A DNA stretch of 64,000 nucleotides from Azolla caroliniana (Eukaryota; Plantae; Polypodiophyta), in assembly GCA_043228905.1 (NCBI GenBank), contig JBHGNT010000002.1:2294001-2358000 (forward strand). Direction: 5' to 3'. The translations under genes and the position numbers were made by a program. The notes under the pieces are model-generated. The model searched no databases. It was not told the DNA's origin and worked only from the letters and a program-made list of their open reading frames with translations. Shown in pieces: positions 50,250-63,517 of this stretch. Each line of letters begins with the position of its first letter. Position 1 is the stretch's first letter.

Positions 50250-51260
50250 AGCCATAGTATTTGGAATGTTGGCTTTTTGAAAAAGCTCATTGAAGGTTAT
50301 GAGTTTTAAAACAAAGACATATTACTCTACGTAAGAATTATCACCATAGTAAAATGGATCAAGTGGTTGAGCCCCATAGTTATTATACTAGGAGGAACAA
50401 TAAACTAAGAATAGTGTCAAATAACTAGAGGTAAATGCAATCACTATTGTGTAACCTATCTCCATTGATATTTATGAATGCTATTCTAGATACATTGGCA
50501 GACCATGACACAGTTTTGTTGATAGCTTTGGCGGATAGAAATAAGTCTCCATGGCACTCGAAGATATGGAGAAAAACCTATCTTGGAATGGGGGATTTTT
50601 CATGTAAAATGTAATGATGTTTTGATAGAAGAATGCTACAACATTTCAATGGATCATAGCAAATATATTTGAAATTGACGTACTAGAATTAAGCAAGCAT
50701 TTGTAGATGACTTTATAGTTTTTGAACCCAACAACAAAACACCTCAAAACAATTATGCTTTACCTAGAGGAATGTTATCATCAAGGAGGTATTAATAATG
50801 GACTTACGAAAGGTACTCGCCATCCTAACAGCACAAATACAATTCGATGTTGAAGAACTCTCACAGTTCCTTCAGCAAATCAACTAACATAATAGGATTT
50901 CAAGGTATTTTGTAATCCTAGCAACATCATTCCACATAGCAATGCATTAATGTTCATTCAATTAGATAAAAAAGGAAACAACTCAATCTATCTCGACAAG
51001 TTGAAAGTTTTGCTATCTCAAGCACTAGTCATAACAACCATCTGCTTATAAATACAATTTTTTTTGTATTTGTGGATGCATCCACTATTGTCATGATGGC
51101 TAGTGTTATGTAGATGTATGATTCAAAGTGGTAAAGACAAGTGTACTAAGTAAACACAAAACTATTATAAGTGGATTGCATGACAAATTACAAGGTCACA
51201 CACCAAGAAGCACTCCAAGGGATTTATAGTGTGAATAAGTTTTTCCCTCATTTGCCAGAC
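50250..51260 (+). pseudogene. Highly decayed Gypsy RT/RNase H remnant
   Basis: Residual DTLADHD, WGIF...VMMF...NATTFQ, AFVDDFIVF and FVDAS-like motifs. Boundaries approximate. Confidence 0.55.
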
Positions 51261-51349
51261 AAAACTTTTTCTTTTCTTCATGTGGTCCGTAGTTTATTCC
51301 ACGAGATTTTATTCCACATGGTATGTGCCACAATCAATTGACTTCTTCT

Positions 51350-52650
51350 GCAAGTGGTTTACCAAGGTTTTGAACTTTGCCAATTTGGGTTAGTCATATG
51401 AGGGTAATCACTTTGTTTGCATTTATTCACTTTTGCTGCATATTGTTGATTATCATTCTTGGCTAGATTCTTTTTCTTCCCAACAACTTATATTTAAATC
51501 TCTTAATTTTTAATAAAGAAGGAATCACATTGAGACAAATTCAGACACTCATTGAATCTATAAGTAAAGAAGTTTAGGTAGATTAGTTTCTCACATTTAC
51601 ACAAGTGTGAGTCATCTAAATTTATTTGGACTTCAATTCAATGAGGTATTTATAGTTGTCATATGTAGAACCCATTTCGGGGTCATTAAAGGGTAATCAA
51701 TCACCTTGTTTTTATTACATGATTTCAAATTACGGTTGATTGTCATCCTTCATCAAAATCTCTATCCAAACCAATTAAATGAGTACCTTCAATTTTAACT
51801 AGACTTGTGAATTCCATCAAAACCAAATTGGAAACATATTTTTTAGGATTCTTGTCCTAAAGTATAAGAACTTTAGGTGGAAAACTTTCTCACATTTAAA
51901 GAAGCATATTATGCAAGTTTTGCCAACCTAACTTTTGGCCTTTCTAGAATTTTGAAAATTCTCAATTTATTCTCTCTCAATAATATATGATCAAGGACTT
52001 CATTATGGTACTTTTTAGAGGCGTAGAATTGCTTTTTTGGAGAAAAGCTCATAGCATACCCACCACATTGCCAAATTTAGTGCTCAAGAGTCATCGGTGT
52101 TTTGGAATTCTTTCACTTATATCTCTTCAACACTATGGTAGAGATTTGATATCTTCTAGCCCCCAATTTACAAGTAGATTATTAAAATGGCCTTTCCAAA
52201 AATACCCAAAATGTTTGTCTAGAAGTTTATGATGGTAGGTCATTGACATGTACCAATACAAAAACATGTAAGGTATCCAATTACCTTGTCGATATCAGTT
52301 TGAACACTTGACATCTTTTTAAGGCACACTACTACATGGGCTTGAGTTTGGAATAACTCAACGAACCAATATTAATAGTGACATTGTAGATGGACAAATC
52401 ATAATAGGGATACATACATTCTTTTTGTGAATACAAGTGGATGCAAATATTAAATATGTTCATCGATACTTTTGGTTGGGCAGCGCATTGTCATCACAAT
52501 CACGTGAAAGTGTTAAAGGAATTTATGAACTATTTTGGTTTGACCATCAACTTCAACATTTAGTGCTCAAACATACCCTTTGCAAAGTGATTCAATGGGA
52601 TATCTTTTCCACTCATTATCAGCGCAATCCACTTCAAGCTTGAACACTCC
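51350..52650 (-). pseudogene. Highly decayed Gypsy integrase remnant
   Basis: Scattered motif remnants on the minus strand (VNDLP; YHSVE-DISER). Boundaries approximate. Confidence 0.4.
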
Positions 52651-53844
52651 AATTGGTGCTAGAAGCTCAAAGGTTTTGAAAGGTTTTAAAGTTAAAGATA
52701 AAATGAAAGAATAGAGGTTGTAAAAAAGTATGTGTGGGTAGTTTGTTGCGCCAACAATTTAAAGTAATTATGTGGATGTAAGGCTCATTTGCTACGAAAT
52801 CTTGTCGTGGGTGTCAAATTTAAGCCATTTTACCACATTTATGAAAAAATAGCTTTAGTATATTAATAATTAGTTCACTGGAAAGGCCTATCCAAATAAT
52901 TGGAGATATATTTCTTGTGTGGAATAACAAAGGAATATTATTGCAAACTACGGCTAGATACATTTACTAAACCTAACCAAGATTATTTGGGATCTCAAGT
53001 TAACAATGATGAATGTATAAAGAAAACTAGCATGTATCAATAAGGACTAGACACCTTTCCAAGAAAGTGTCAAGCCTTATAGGCTTCCATTTGCATTGTT
53101 GGTGTTGCCATCATAGACTTCACCATTGCTACTTTGGTCTTGTTGTTGTAACCATTTTTACGACTAGTCCTATGGCAATTCCCATAGCATGTAGCATCAC
53201 TAATGTATGATGCATATGGAGCCATATACAATATAAATATGTGAATGTGTGTCATGTGACACTGACACTTAAATGACTCATTTTTTAGAGTGATCTTTTT
53301 CACTTCTTTATTAGCTTTTGCCATCACATATTCTCCTACCATCACTCTATTCTAGCTAAGAATAGAAAGATAAAGATGAAATTAATAAGACAAAGATAAA
53401 GTGTCAATTTGGCCGGCATGCACTACTACAATATGAGTTGGTTTCAACACTTAGCAATCCACTAAGTCCCGACGTTTTGATGGCATGCTTTTATTTTCTA
53501 TATATTTTTTGGAGTAGAGGTGAATATTTTAGCATAAAGGAAAAGGAAATGTCAAAAACTCTGTCAATAAACATAAATTTCTGAGTGTCTTGCAGAATTG
53601 CTAAGTTTTCAGAAATTGTAACTCCTTATTTTGTGTTGGAAATACATGCCCATGTTTAGAAGTGATCAAAATTTTGACGTTACCTTATTTCTAGCATTTC
53701 TAGAAATATAGTAATTCTAGTGAGTCCTATGAGTCTTGCCTCCTCATTTTGACAAATGCTCACAAATGATCAATGGGTTGTGCCTCCATCCTTTGATAAA
53801 TGTATCATAAATCAACGATTTGTGCATCCACACTTCAATCAATC

Positions 53845-54214
53845 CTTGAATGATTGAATGAATGTGTATGTATATTACTATGAATGAATATATGTATGTG
53901 CATGAATTTATGATTGTATGAATACGTATGTATATATGAATCAATGTAAGTATGTATGTGTATGAATGAATAATTGTATGAATGTATGTATGTGTATGAA
54001 TGTGTGTAGATGTATATATGAATCAATGAACATATAAATGTGAATGTATGAATCCATGCATTTATATGAATGAATCCATGTGGGTGTGTGTATATATGGA
54101 ATGAATGAATGTGTGCGTAAAAGTGAATGAATGTATGTACTATGTATAAATGAATCAATGTACATAAGAATGTGTATGTATTGTATGTGTATTCATATCG
54201 ATATGTATGTATAT

Positions 54215-54272
<58 letters not shown>
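53845..54272. repeat. Low-complexity (ATGAATGT-like) tract ending in (GT)n
   Basis: Visible simple repeats. Confidence 0.85.
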
Positions 54273-54274
<2 letters not shown>

Positions 54275-54605
54275 CTACTTACTTATATGTATTTATGTGT
54301 AAACCCTAAACCCCACTTACCTATGTATAAGCCAATAAGATGTTGAAAAGGGAGCAAAACTTAGGCGATGGTCACACTTGATGGATTGGTCAATGGTGAG
54401 GAATTAAGAATAAGAAGAGAAGAGGTGGATTATAGATACCCTTTTTCTTATAATGTTTTTTAAAAAGATATAAATGTAGGTTGTTAAACGATAGGTTTTG
54501 CTAGTAGCTACTCAAAGTTTAGCAACGCATTTTAGCATTGAAATGTTGCTTCTCGTTTGTAGATCACACTAAACATCATAGTTATCATCACAAGCTTTCT
54601 ACGAT

Positions 54606-54780
54606 TTTTAGCGTCACATTTTTGCAAAAAATGGCACGTTGATTTAAGTGTCTTGCTTATACACACATATGGATGTGGTTTTAGGAATATCTTCTTTTAG
54701 CATCACATGTTTGCAAAAAATGGCACGTTGATAAGTGTCTTCCTTATACACATATGGATGTGGTTTTAAGAATACCTTCC
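54606..54780. repeat. Tandem duplication of an ~88-bp unit
   Basis: TTTTAGCRTCACAT...TGGCACGTTGAT...GGATGTGGTTTTA occurs twice. Confidence 0.85.
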
Positions 54781-54810
54781 TCAATAATTTCTTTTCTTTT
54801 CTAAAAAAAA

Positions 54811-55100
54811 ATCCTTACATTAGTTATAAAATTTTACAAATGAGAGTGTTATATACAAATCCTTGTAAGGACGCAATAGTTCCATCTTATGTGGATGCCA
54901 ACTAACTCAAGAAAGGGAGAGGACGACCATTGTTGGATAACGGCCATCGTATTGACTCTTTAGAGTGGCTACAACTTCACTCCATATCTCCTACATTAAC
55001 ATGATGCACAGTTTGGTAAGAGAAGACTCGTCTACACCGTTGTTTCCGTAGAATCCAAATAGTTATTGGGTTGACCAATTCCAACACAGCTTGAGCTTTG
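54811..55100 (-). mobile_element. 3'-terminal LINE fragment
   Basis: WILRKQRCRRVF...LKSQYD...QWSSSPF...IRWNY on the minus strand. Homologous to 22003-22260. Confidence 0.7.
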
Positions 55101-55269
55101 GCATTAATAGGAGTTGAGTGGATATTGTCGATGGTGGAAAAAAATCTCTTGTGCTTTTATCACCATAGTCATCCCCTCCTCGTGGTGTTCGTATCTGTCA
55201 ATTGGGGCCTGCCATAATAACCAACATACATTCCCCCACTTGATTGTGCCTTGCACTTGGCACAATTGC

Positions 55270-55540
55270 AACATTTCTTATTTGATGGTAGACTGTAGTT
55301 TATATATCAATTTTTATAAAGTATCGAGCATCATACAAATGATCAATTTTTGTATAGTCACTATATTCAAACAAGGAGAATTAACATATAGTTGTTGTGT
55401 AATCCTTAAGTTGTATTGTGATCTCATCCTCTTCAATTTGACTAAGTTGATAAGGTGGAATGCTCATGGGAACACCACTTGGTATGAGATCTATTTTGTT
55501 GTCAGCATTACGCATAGTGGTAATCTAGATGGAAATTCAT
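55270..55540 (-). pseudogene. Gypsy RT N-terminal fragment
   Basis: KIDLIPSGVPMSIPPYQLSQIEEDEITIQLKDY and DHLYDARYFIKID...YHQIR. Confidence 0.65.
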
Positions 55541-55719
55541 TTGGAGAATGGAGTAATCATTGTCCATGGAAAGGTAATTGATTCTCATCAACATTAAAAT
55601 GATAATATTGAATTGTTGGATCAATAAAAAAATAGTAAAGTAGAGAACATGTATACTCATTAAAGATGTAGAAGAGACAAAAGATTTTGAAAGAATTTTT
55701 GTACACTGAATCATGTGTG

Positions 55720-56269
55720 TAACAATCGGCAACAGTTCGGTTTGAACTGAACCGAACTGTGAAACCACAGTTTAACGGCTTAACGGTTTCAACTGTTCGG
55801 TTCGGTTCAATTTCAGGTTTTTATTGACGGTTCGGTTCGGTTTCAACAATAAAAAACTGCGGTTTAAACAGTTAAATGGTTTTTGCTTTCTTTTTTCTTT
55901 TTAAATTTTAAAAAAAAATCTAAAAATTGTTTTTAAACAATATTTTCATTTTTAGACCTTATTCTCACATTTTAGGAACATCTTAAAAAATGAAATCTTA
56001 TAAATTTTAAACAATTAAAAATAAATTTTAAAAAATGAAATCTTATAAATTTTAAACAATTCAAAATAAAAAATAAAAAATAAAAATTTTGACTTATGTT
56101 GAAAACCGAAACCGAACCACGAAACCGTGACGGTTTTTACGGTTTGAAAAATGTTTCATGGTTCGGTTTAACGGTTTCGTGGTTCGTGTCGGTTTGGTTC
56201 AAGTTTCAAAAAAGTTAAACGGTTCGGTTTGGACCCTCTCAAACCGAACCGAACCGTTGTTGATTGTTA
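55720..56269. mobile_element. hAT-type MITE (550 bp)
   Basis: TIR TAACAATCGGCAAC / GTTGTTGATTGTTA. Perfect 8-bp TSD CATGTGTG (55712-19, 56270-77). Many subterminal AACCG/CGGTT motifs. Confidence 0.9.
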
Positions 56270-56319
56270 CATGTGTGTAGCATTATGTAGTTCAAAAGTA
56301 ATTGCCTGGTGGTTAATCC

Positions 56320-56760
56320 TAGGAATGGGCACAGTTTCTGCTCAAACCGAACCCAATCGTTAAGTCATGGTTTAACGGTTTATTGGTTCCAAAAAATTGT
56401 AATGGTTTGGTTTGGATTTTCAATAAACGGTTCGACTTTGGTTCTAAAACTCTAGTTTATAGGCTTATAGGTTTTTGGTTAACTTTGATTTTTACCTTAA
56501 TAGTTTATTAATTTAATGGTTTTTTATTGATTTAATAAATTTAACTTAAATGCTTATTTAATTTAATGTATTTTTTATTATTTAGATGTTTAATTAGTTT
56601 GATTTAAATGGTTAGGTTTAAATTTTTTGTTAAATGGTTCAATTTGGTTTCAACTTTTCCCTAAACGGTTTAGTTTGGTTTTTGTTTTATATAAACAATT
56701 CGGTTTCGGTTCAATTCGGTTTCTTTGCCTTGAAACCGAACTAATCCGTGCCCATTGCTA
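56320..56760. mobile_element. Second hAT-type MITE (441 bp)
   Basis: TIR TAGGAATGGGCAC / GTGCCCATTGCTA. Perfect 8-bp TSD GTTAATCC (56312-19, 56761-68). Subterminal CGGTT motifs. Confidence 0.9.
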
Positions 56761-57029
56761 GTTAATCCAATCAATGGATGAAGAAACGTTTTTATATAAT
56801 TTTGTATTCAATCAACAAATCTTTATTTCATCAGATGAAAATCAAGCCTTTCTACATAGGAATCTATGGAAAATTTGATTAAAATTTTGTATGTCTCGCA
56901 TAGACAGAATATACATCAGTTCGGAACTAGAAAATTTTGGAAACAATGTTGAAATCATTGCAAGTTCAGCCTACTCCAATCATATGCCGGTTAAGATAAC
57001 GCTAGAAACACAGAGGAGACCAGCAAGGG

Positions 57030-60000
57030 ACTGCAATGTAAGGATCATGTGGAGGTGAGTAGAAACATAAGACGTATATGGGAAAGAAATTTGGTTGGGT
57101 GTGGCGCAATTGATAAACTTTGAGGGAAGATTATCGAAACTTCAACTTATCTCCATACGGCGACGAAAAGTAGAATTACAAGGTCTAAGGAGGAAAAAAT
57201 GTGTTTAAGGAGATCAATCGTGGCTACCCAAAGGCTATTACAAAAATATACCCGATGCCAATGGTCTAGGGCAGGCCTTGAGGCTGCCAGAGAAACATTG
57301 CAACTCTTGATTGCATCCAGAAATACGATGTTATTTAGGAGTTCGGCGGCATGGTGGAGCAAAAATGGGGATAAGGTGAATAAACAATTTTTCATGCATA
57401 AACAACCTAGAATAAACTGTAGCTACAATCCGAAGCTGGTTAAGGAAGATGGCTCTATGTCGGAGGATATTTCGGAGATCTTGGAGGCGGTCACCTCTCA
57501 CTATCATGAGTTGCTTTCGGATAGTTACAGTATCCCCGAACAACCTACTTTGATAGAATATGTGCTAGAGGGAATGCAACACAAATTTTCAGATGCGGCA
57601 CAAACTAATCTGGCGAGGCCTCTCTTGGAGGAGGAGGTGGTGGCTGATGCTTTGGTAGGCATTTGCAGAACGTCCTATCCAGACTCCGATGGACTATCAA
57701 GGGATTTTTTTGAAAAATTTTGCGACGTGATCAAGCCAGATTTGGTTGATGGGCTAAAAGAGGCATGGGATGTTGGGTACTTACCTGAGCAATTTCAAAT
57801 GGGGATGATATTTCTAATTCCTAAGGTACAAGGTGTAACAACTGATGCAAGGCAATGGAGACCGATCACGCTGCTCAACACAATATATAAGATATTTGCC
57901 AATATACTAGCCAAGAGGGTAAAACCCTACCTGCAGGAACTAATTCATGTTGGACAAACAGGGTTCATGGAAAACATATGCATAATTGATAATGTGTTGA
58001 CATTTTGGGAGGCGATTGCCTTGGCAAAGAAAACCAATCAACACATTGCATGTCTCGTTGACTTTGAGAAGGCATATGATAGAGTTGAATGGCCTTTTTT
58101 AGATAAAGTCATGGAAATGTTGGGATTACCTTTAAAATGGAGATCGGTTGCGATGGCCCTTTACAAAGGAAGTTCGAGTAGGGTGTTAGTGGCAGGGCAT
58201 CATGGCCCATCAATTCCATTACGTAGGTCTGTTAGACCTAGACAAGGGTGCCCGTTGGCCCCCTATCTTTTTTTATTTATTACAGAGGCATTCTCTTTCT
58301 TTTTGAGCAGATCGGATGTAGGAATAAGAGGTTTAGTTATTCCACATGCGAGCAAGGATTTGCTGGACTCTGAGTATGCAGATGACACTATGCTTTACTT
58401 GAAAGGCAATGATGCTAATTTAGAGAAGGTTGAAGGATGGATTGAGTGGTTTTGCAAAGTGTCAGGGGGGGAAATTAACTAGAACAAAAGTAGAGGATTC
58501 TAGGTAAGTTCAAACCCACGACCATTATGGTGTCCTAACCTTGATTTTCAATGGGTCCCCAATGGCATGGCTGTTAAGTATTTGGGCTTTTTGGTGGGAG
58601 TTGAGACACCTAAAAATCAGCAGCTTGAGCAGGTCAAAGACAATTAGAAAAAAGCTTCGGTTGTGGGCATCAATAAAGATCTCCCTTGCTGGTAGGGTTG
58701 TGGTGGTGAACCATATTTTGTTGGCCACCATGTGGTATTCAGTGGCATGTTGGATGTTAGACAAAGCCTGCATAAAAAATATTAAGGCAATGGTGAGAGG
58801 GTTCTTGTGGTCGGGTAGAGACAATGAGATGGGGTCAGCTAAAGTGGCTTGGGGTTGTTTAATTAAGACAAAGAATCAGGGAGGAGTTGGACTAGTGGAT
58901 CCAGTTCACCAAAGTAAGGCTCTACTTGGTAAGCTTTTGGTGCGAAGTCTGCAACCCGGACCAGAATTGTGGAAGGTGCTCCTTAGGAATAGAGCTGACC
59001 TTTGGTGTCCTAGGAATGGTGGTCCTTGACAGGCAAATACATGGTGGTTGTTCAGTCCAACTCTAAAGTTGAAAGAACCGGCTAGCATGGAGGATAGGGT
59101 GGTTTGCGCCATAATGAAGGCATGGTCAAGTTTAAGAGAAGGGTTGGTCTTAATGCAATCGAAAGCAGTGGATGAACAACTACGACAACCACTGTTTTGG
59201 AACCCTAGGATTAGAAGTGAAGAAGGTATGATGTTTGGACAACAAAAGTACTTGCATTGGGGGAAGATGTTAGGGTACAAGATTCGGTCAGTACACGATT
59301 GGGAGTTCTTCAGCATGAAGATGCGGGCGGGTCAAGCTGTTAGTTGTTGTAGGATTACTGGAAGACTAGAGAAGGTAACCCAATTGATACATGGGGTTGT
59401 TGCTGGATTAGGTAAGTTGACTGTGGAAGAGACAATTTGGTCAGGTTGGTTTGTAGGTGAGGGTGATGCACAACTTATCTGTGGTAGGTGCTCCACTGGC
59501 GAGGATCGTTTGTGGGGTAACTTAAGTTCTTTGATAGATGATGGTAGGTGGTTGGCAGTGCAGGTGGCAATGTTGGAGGGTAACTGTTGGCAATTGAACC
59601 CAGACCCTAAGACACTAGATCATGATCGTAAAATAGGGCTTTTCGATAATAAGCCCTTATATGAGTTGGAGTGAGATCCATTGGAGGTATGGTGGCAGAC
59701 ACCAAGAACAAACATCTTGAAAAAGTTTTTTGAGTACAATACCAAGCTAGGAAGACAAATCATTGGCTCCAAAACTGTGGGTGTTGTAATGATTCGCAAT
59801 ATTTGGAAGGATAAAGGCGTTTCAGACGATGATTTGAAGTCGTTTTGGAGGAGACTATGGGCATTGGATATGCCAGAAAAAATTAAGGCTTGGTTGTGGC
59901 TTCTTAGCCACAAGGCGGTACCTGTAGGCGAGTGGTTGAGCTCCCGTGGTGGTGAGGCTAGCTGTAAGTTATGTGGACATGCTTTGGAATCAATCTCTCA

Positions 60001-60806
60001 CTGTTTTTGGAATTGTACAGAGGCGATTACCATTTGGAGTAGAAGCCTTCGAATCGTGGCAGCCTGTGGTGTGAAAGGGAACGTTGTGTGGGGCTCAATA
60101 CAAGGACTGTCCCTAAAAGGGGACAGCTGGGGTGAACGGTTAAACCCACAAGGACATGGATTTATAGTGCAGGGTGGTAGCGTGTTCCAATGTGATGGGG
60201 TGAGACCAGGTACAAATTCTGAATTTTTCGAGGAGATTTGGCTTATGGTGGCATGTTTAACGGCCTAGCACATTTGGATCAGGCGTTGTAAGTTTGTTTT
60301 TCAGCAACAAAAGCTCTCATGTGGGGAGATGATATTAAATATCTGGTTTGATCTTGTGGCTTGGTTGCGCAGTCGGTATGATTCGATTCAAGGGGAATCG
60401 AAAGAAGCAGAAAGGGCAAGGTCAAAGTTCTTGCTGAAATGGAGCAGCTCTCCCATGCTAGTCAAATCTTCATTGAGGCCTAAGTGGAATTACCTGGCAC
60501 CTAGGTGGTTGTTTCCCCCGATGGCTCCCAATATTGTACATGGGTTGTAATTATGTATGTATAGATGAGATAATGTTGCTAGAAAAGAGTTAGTTGAGAG
60601 CTGTGGAGTCGGGGTAAAATAGGGTTTATTTCAGTTTTGTTTGAGTTAAGGATCGGTTGAGTTTTTTGTTGTTTTTGTTTGATAGTTTTGGAGTTGTTCC
60701 TCCAAGTTGTGTATATGTTGACCCCATTGTGGATTTGGGTAAACTCTTTTGTATTCTATTTGCTAACTAATGCGAAGTAGTGTTTTTTTGGAAAAAAGAA
60801 GAAGGA
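57030..60806 (+). mobile_element. 5'-truncated L1-clade LINE (ORF2 RT plus zf-RVT, disrupted)
   Basis: ORF pieces 57199-60550 with QWRPITL, DFEKAYD, RQGCPLAP, YADD, CKLC...SHCFWNC and PRWLFPP. A-rich tail at ~60791. 5' boundary approximate; no TSD identified. Confidence 0.9.
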
Positions 60807-62262
60807 AATACACCATTCATGAATTGCATTCCTCCGTCTACAATTTGAGCTTTATAAGTGTGGTCACTTATTGATGTCCCAACATCTATACCAAGTGATC
60901 ATCAATAAAGGAAACTTCAACACACAAGATCGAATGCTCTTGGTGGTCATAAGAGTTCTGGAACCATTTGCATAATATCATATTGATTATTAGATTGAAA
61001 ACGTTTTGTTGCAACATATAAGCATGTCTCAATGTTCTAGATCCTACAATAAATAAGCATCTTGAACACTTTAAAATCGCATTGGCACAACATGACAAGA
61101 AGGAATTCATTGCAGAACAATGTTATTATGGAACAAATTAGGAGAATTCAACATACAACCTCAATATTGTATTGACCATCCATCCATGTGGTTGTGAGTA
61201 CACAATATGGTGTGGAGATTGTAGAAGAGAAGGATTAAGTAGGAGAACAAACACCTTTGAAAATAAAGAAAGCAAAAATTACCAAAAGTTTAGCTAAAAG
61301 AAAGATGTAGACGTCATGAGACATATCATTAGAAACCAACAAGCTATTGCTAGTATAAACAATTGAGGACACATACACTCATGCATCCCTATATGTTTGT
61401 CAACCATATGTATAACACACATCCACCCCCACCCATTTAGTAGTGTGAAGTTTGTTATTTGTCTGCAGAAGTTCCTATGTATGTGCATCTTCACCATCTT
61501 ACTCCTCTCTATAGCATCAAATCTATATCATCAATATTTGGAGACTCGATGCAAAGTATGTAATTTTTGTTAGATACATGCAAAACAAAACAGTAACTCA
61601 TTTTATAGACTAGAGTGAATGTGCATTACATCTTTGAGACAACAATAACACATCAAGTGCCCCAAGAAGAGAATTTTCAACATTCCCAATACTCTGGCAA
61701 GATTGACTTCAAATTATTTGCATGTATTACAATATTTGCAAAGAATGAATGATATACTCAAAAAGTCTTCCTCAAAAAGTAGCAATTCCTTTTTGGTTTT
61801 CCATATGAAACAAAACAAGGACTTTCATATAATCCTTTGAATAATTACAATAAATTGCCTTGGTAATTACAAATTCGTTCTGTTCCCACAGTTAGATTCA
61901 TGTCTTGTCATCTTTTACATTATTCCTGAGGCTACCCCTTTCATACTCTACTACTATCATTGAGACGCTTCTGGCAATTATTTTTGGGCTTAGGATTTTA
62001 TGGTTCAAGCTTAGACATTCAGGAAATGTGGGATTAGAATTTTGAATGGAGCTTTACAAATGGGTTGGGGTCAGGATAATGAAGTTAGGGCTCAAAAGTT
62101 TTTGGGTTCCAATTTAGACCTTTGGGATTGGATTCAACGCTTAGGGAAATACGGGAATAGAGATTTGAACAGAGCTTTACAGAGTTAGGGTATTAAAGTT
62201 AAGGGCTCAAGAGTTTTGGGTTTTTAAGATAGGGGATTTAGGACTCTAGGATTTGAGTAAAT

Positions 62263-62290
62263 TTTAGGGTTTAGGGTTTAGGGTTTAGGG
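62263..62290 (+). repeat. Plant telomeric repeat (TTTAGGG)x4, preceded by degenerate telomere-like sequence from ~61985
   Basis: TTTAGGGTTTAGGGTTTAGGGTTTAGGG. Confidence 0.9.
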
Positions 62291-62612
62291 TGCCCATTTC
62301 CACACCTTAATATTTCCACCATTATCACCCGCAATCACGAGCCCACTAGGGGTAACCAGTAGTGCTCGAATCTCATCCTTTGAAAACATGGCACACCGCT
62401 CTGTGAAGCTGTTTTGCAGAAAGACCCAACATGATGAGATTGTAAATTGCCCCATTGATATAATAATTAAACTCAACACTACAAAAAAGTGAATGTATGG
62501 TAATGTATACATACGATGGCAGCTCTAAAAGACGTACTGAATTGTCGTTCAATGAGCATAATAACATATCTTTGTTATGATGGTCAACAAATCCACGAAA
62601 AGCAAGTACACC
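62285..62612 (-). CDS. Last two exons (62612-62515, 62408-62285) of a ZFWD-like (CCCH zinc finger WD40 family) protein; upstream exons not found in the window
   Basis: GVLAFRGFVDHHNKDMLLCSLNDNSVRLLELPS|FTERCAMFSKDEIRALLVTPSGLVIAGDNGGNIKVWKWAP*. GT-AG phase-2 intron. Resembles the C-terminus of plant ZFWD proteins as recalled. Confidence 0.75.
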
Positions 62613-63383
62613 CTGAGAGAAAAAAGCAAATGGAAAATACCTTCATTTAACACCCACCCTTTTCTTTAAAATTATACACATGAATGGATGAAAAGTGTAG
62701 TTTTATGATATACACAATAAAAATTGTGACGAGATAACAAAAACTAAAATTATGCACATCAAACACAGCAATATAAAAAGATACCCCCTTGTATACCTTT
62801 CATATACACACCCGTGTATACAAATCAGTTATATATCTAGATGAAATCTTTGATCTTCATGAAGATTCTAATAGATTCTTTTTTCCAGCACTGTAACTCC
62901 TTGGATCTGTCCAGAAACCGAGATAAAGCATCCCCATCATCACAATCCTCAATGATATGCCTTTTTGATAGTCGTCATAAACAACAAAATCACCTCTTCA
63001 TCATCCCATTCTTGCTCTAGTATCTACTAACATGGCAAACAAGCCTCTCATGTATGAATGAGTTGAACCTGCCACTTGATACAAGCAACCGAAGTTTCTC
63101 CTCATTAAGACACTCAAGTTGGGACTTCGGATCTCTCATTGAAAGGCAACAAGAGGAACAATCGACATCGGATGAACTATTCAGTAAGTTTCATCAAATC
63201 CTTATTCATAATTGTTCGGGCACATTGTGGTCAATATCCAGGTTGATATTATTGAGTACAAGACCCTCCGTGAGTATCGGTGTCCAACATTCAAGTTTGT
63301 CTTATGGACAATGTGATTGACTAATAGCTTTTTGAAATCTTAAAGAGGACATTCAAAATCACCTTCAATTCTTCAAAACTATT

Positions 63384-63517
63384 TTGTTTATGATCTATTC
63401 ACATGAGAGAATCCTACATAGCAACTCGTTAAATAATACTCTGAAACCATTTTGTTCATGTTCTATTCACATGAGAGAATTCTACATAGCAACCCAGGAA
63501 ATAATACTCTGAAACTA
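63384..63517. repeat. Tandem duplication of a ~67-bp unit
   Basis: TCTATTCACATGAGAGAAT-CTACATAGCAAC...AAATAATACTCTGAAAC occurs twice. Confidence 0.85.

Noticed and set aside
53744-54346. His/Ile/Tyr-rich and (CV)n ORFs
   Set aside because: Translations of simple repeats.
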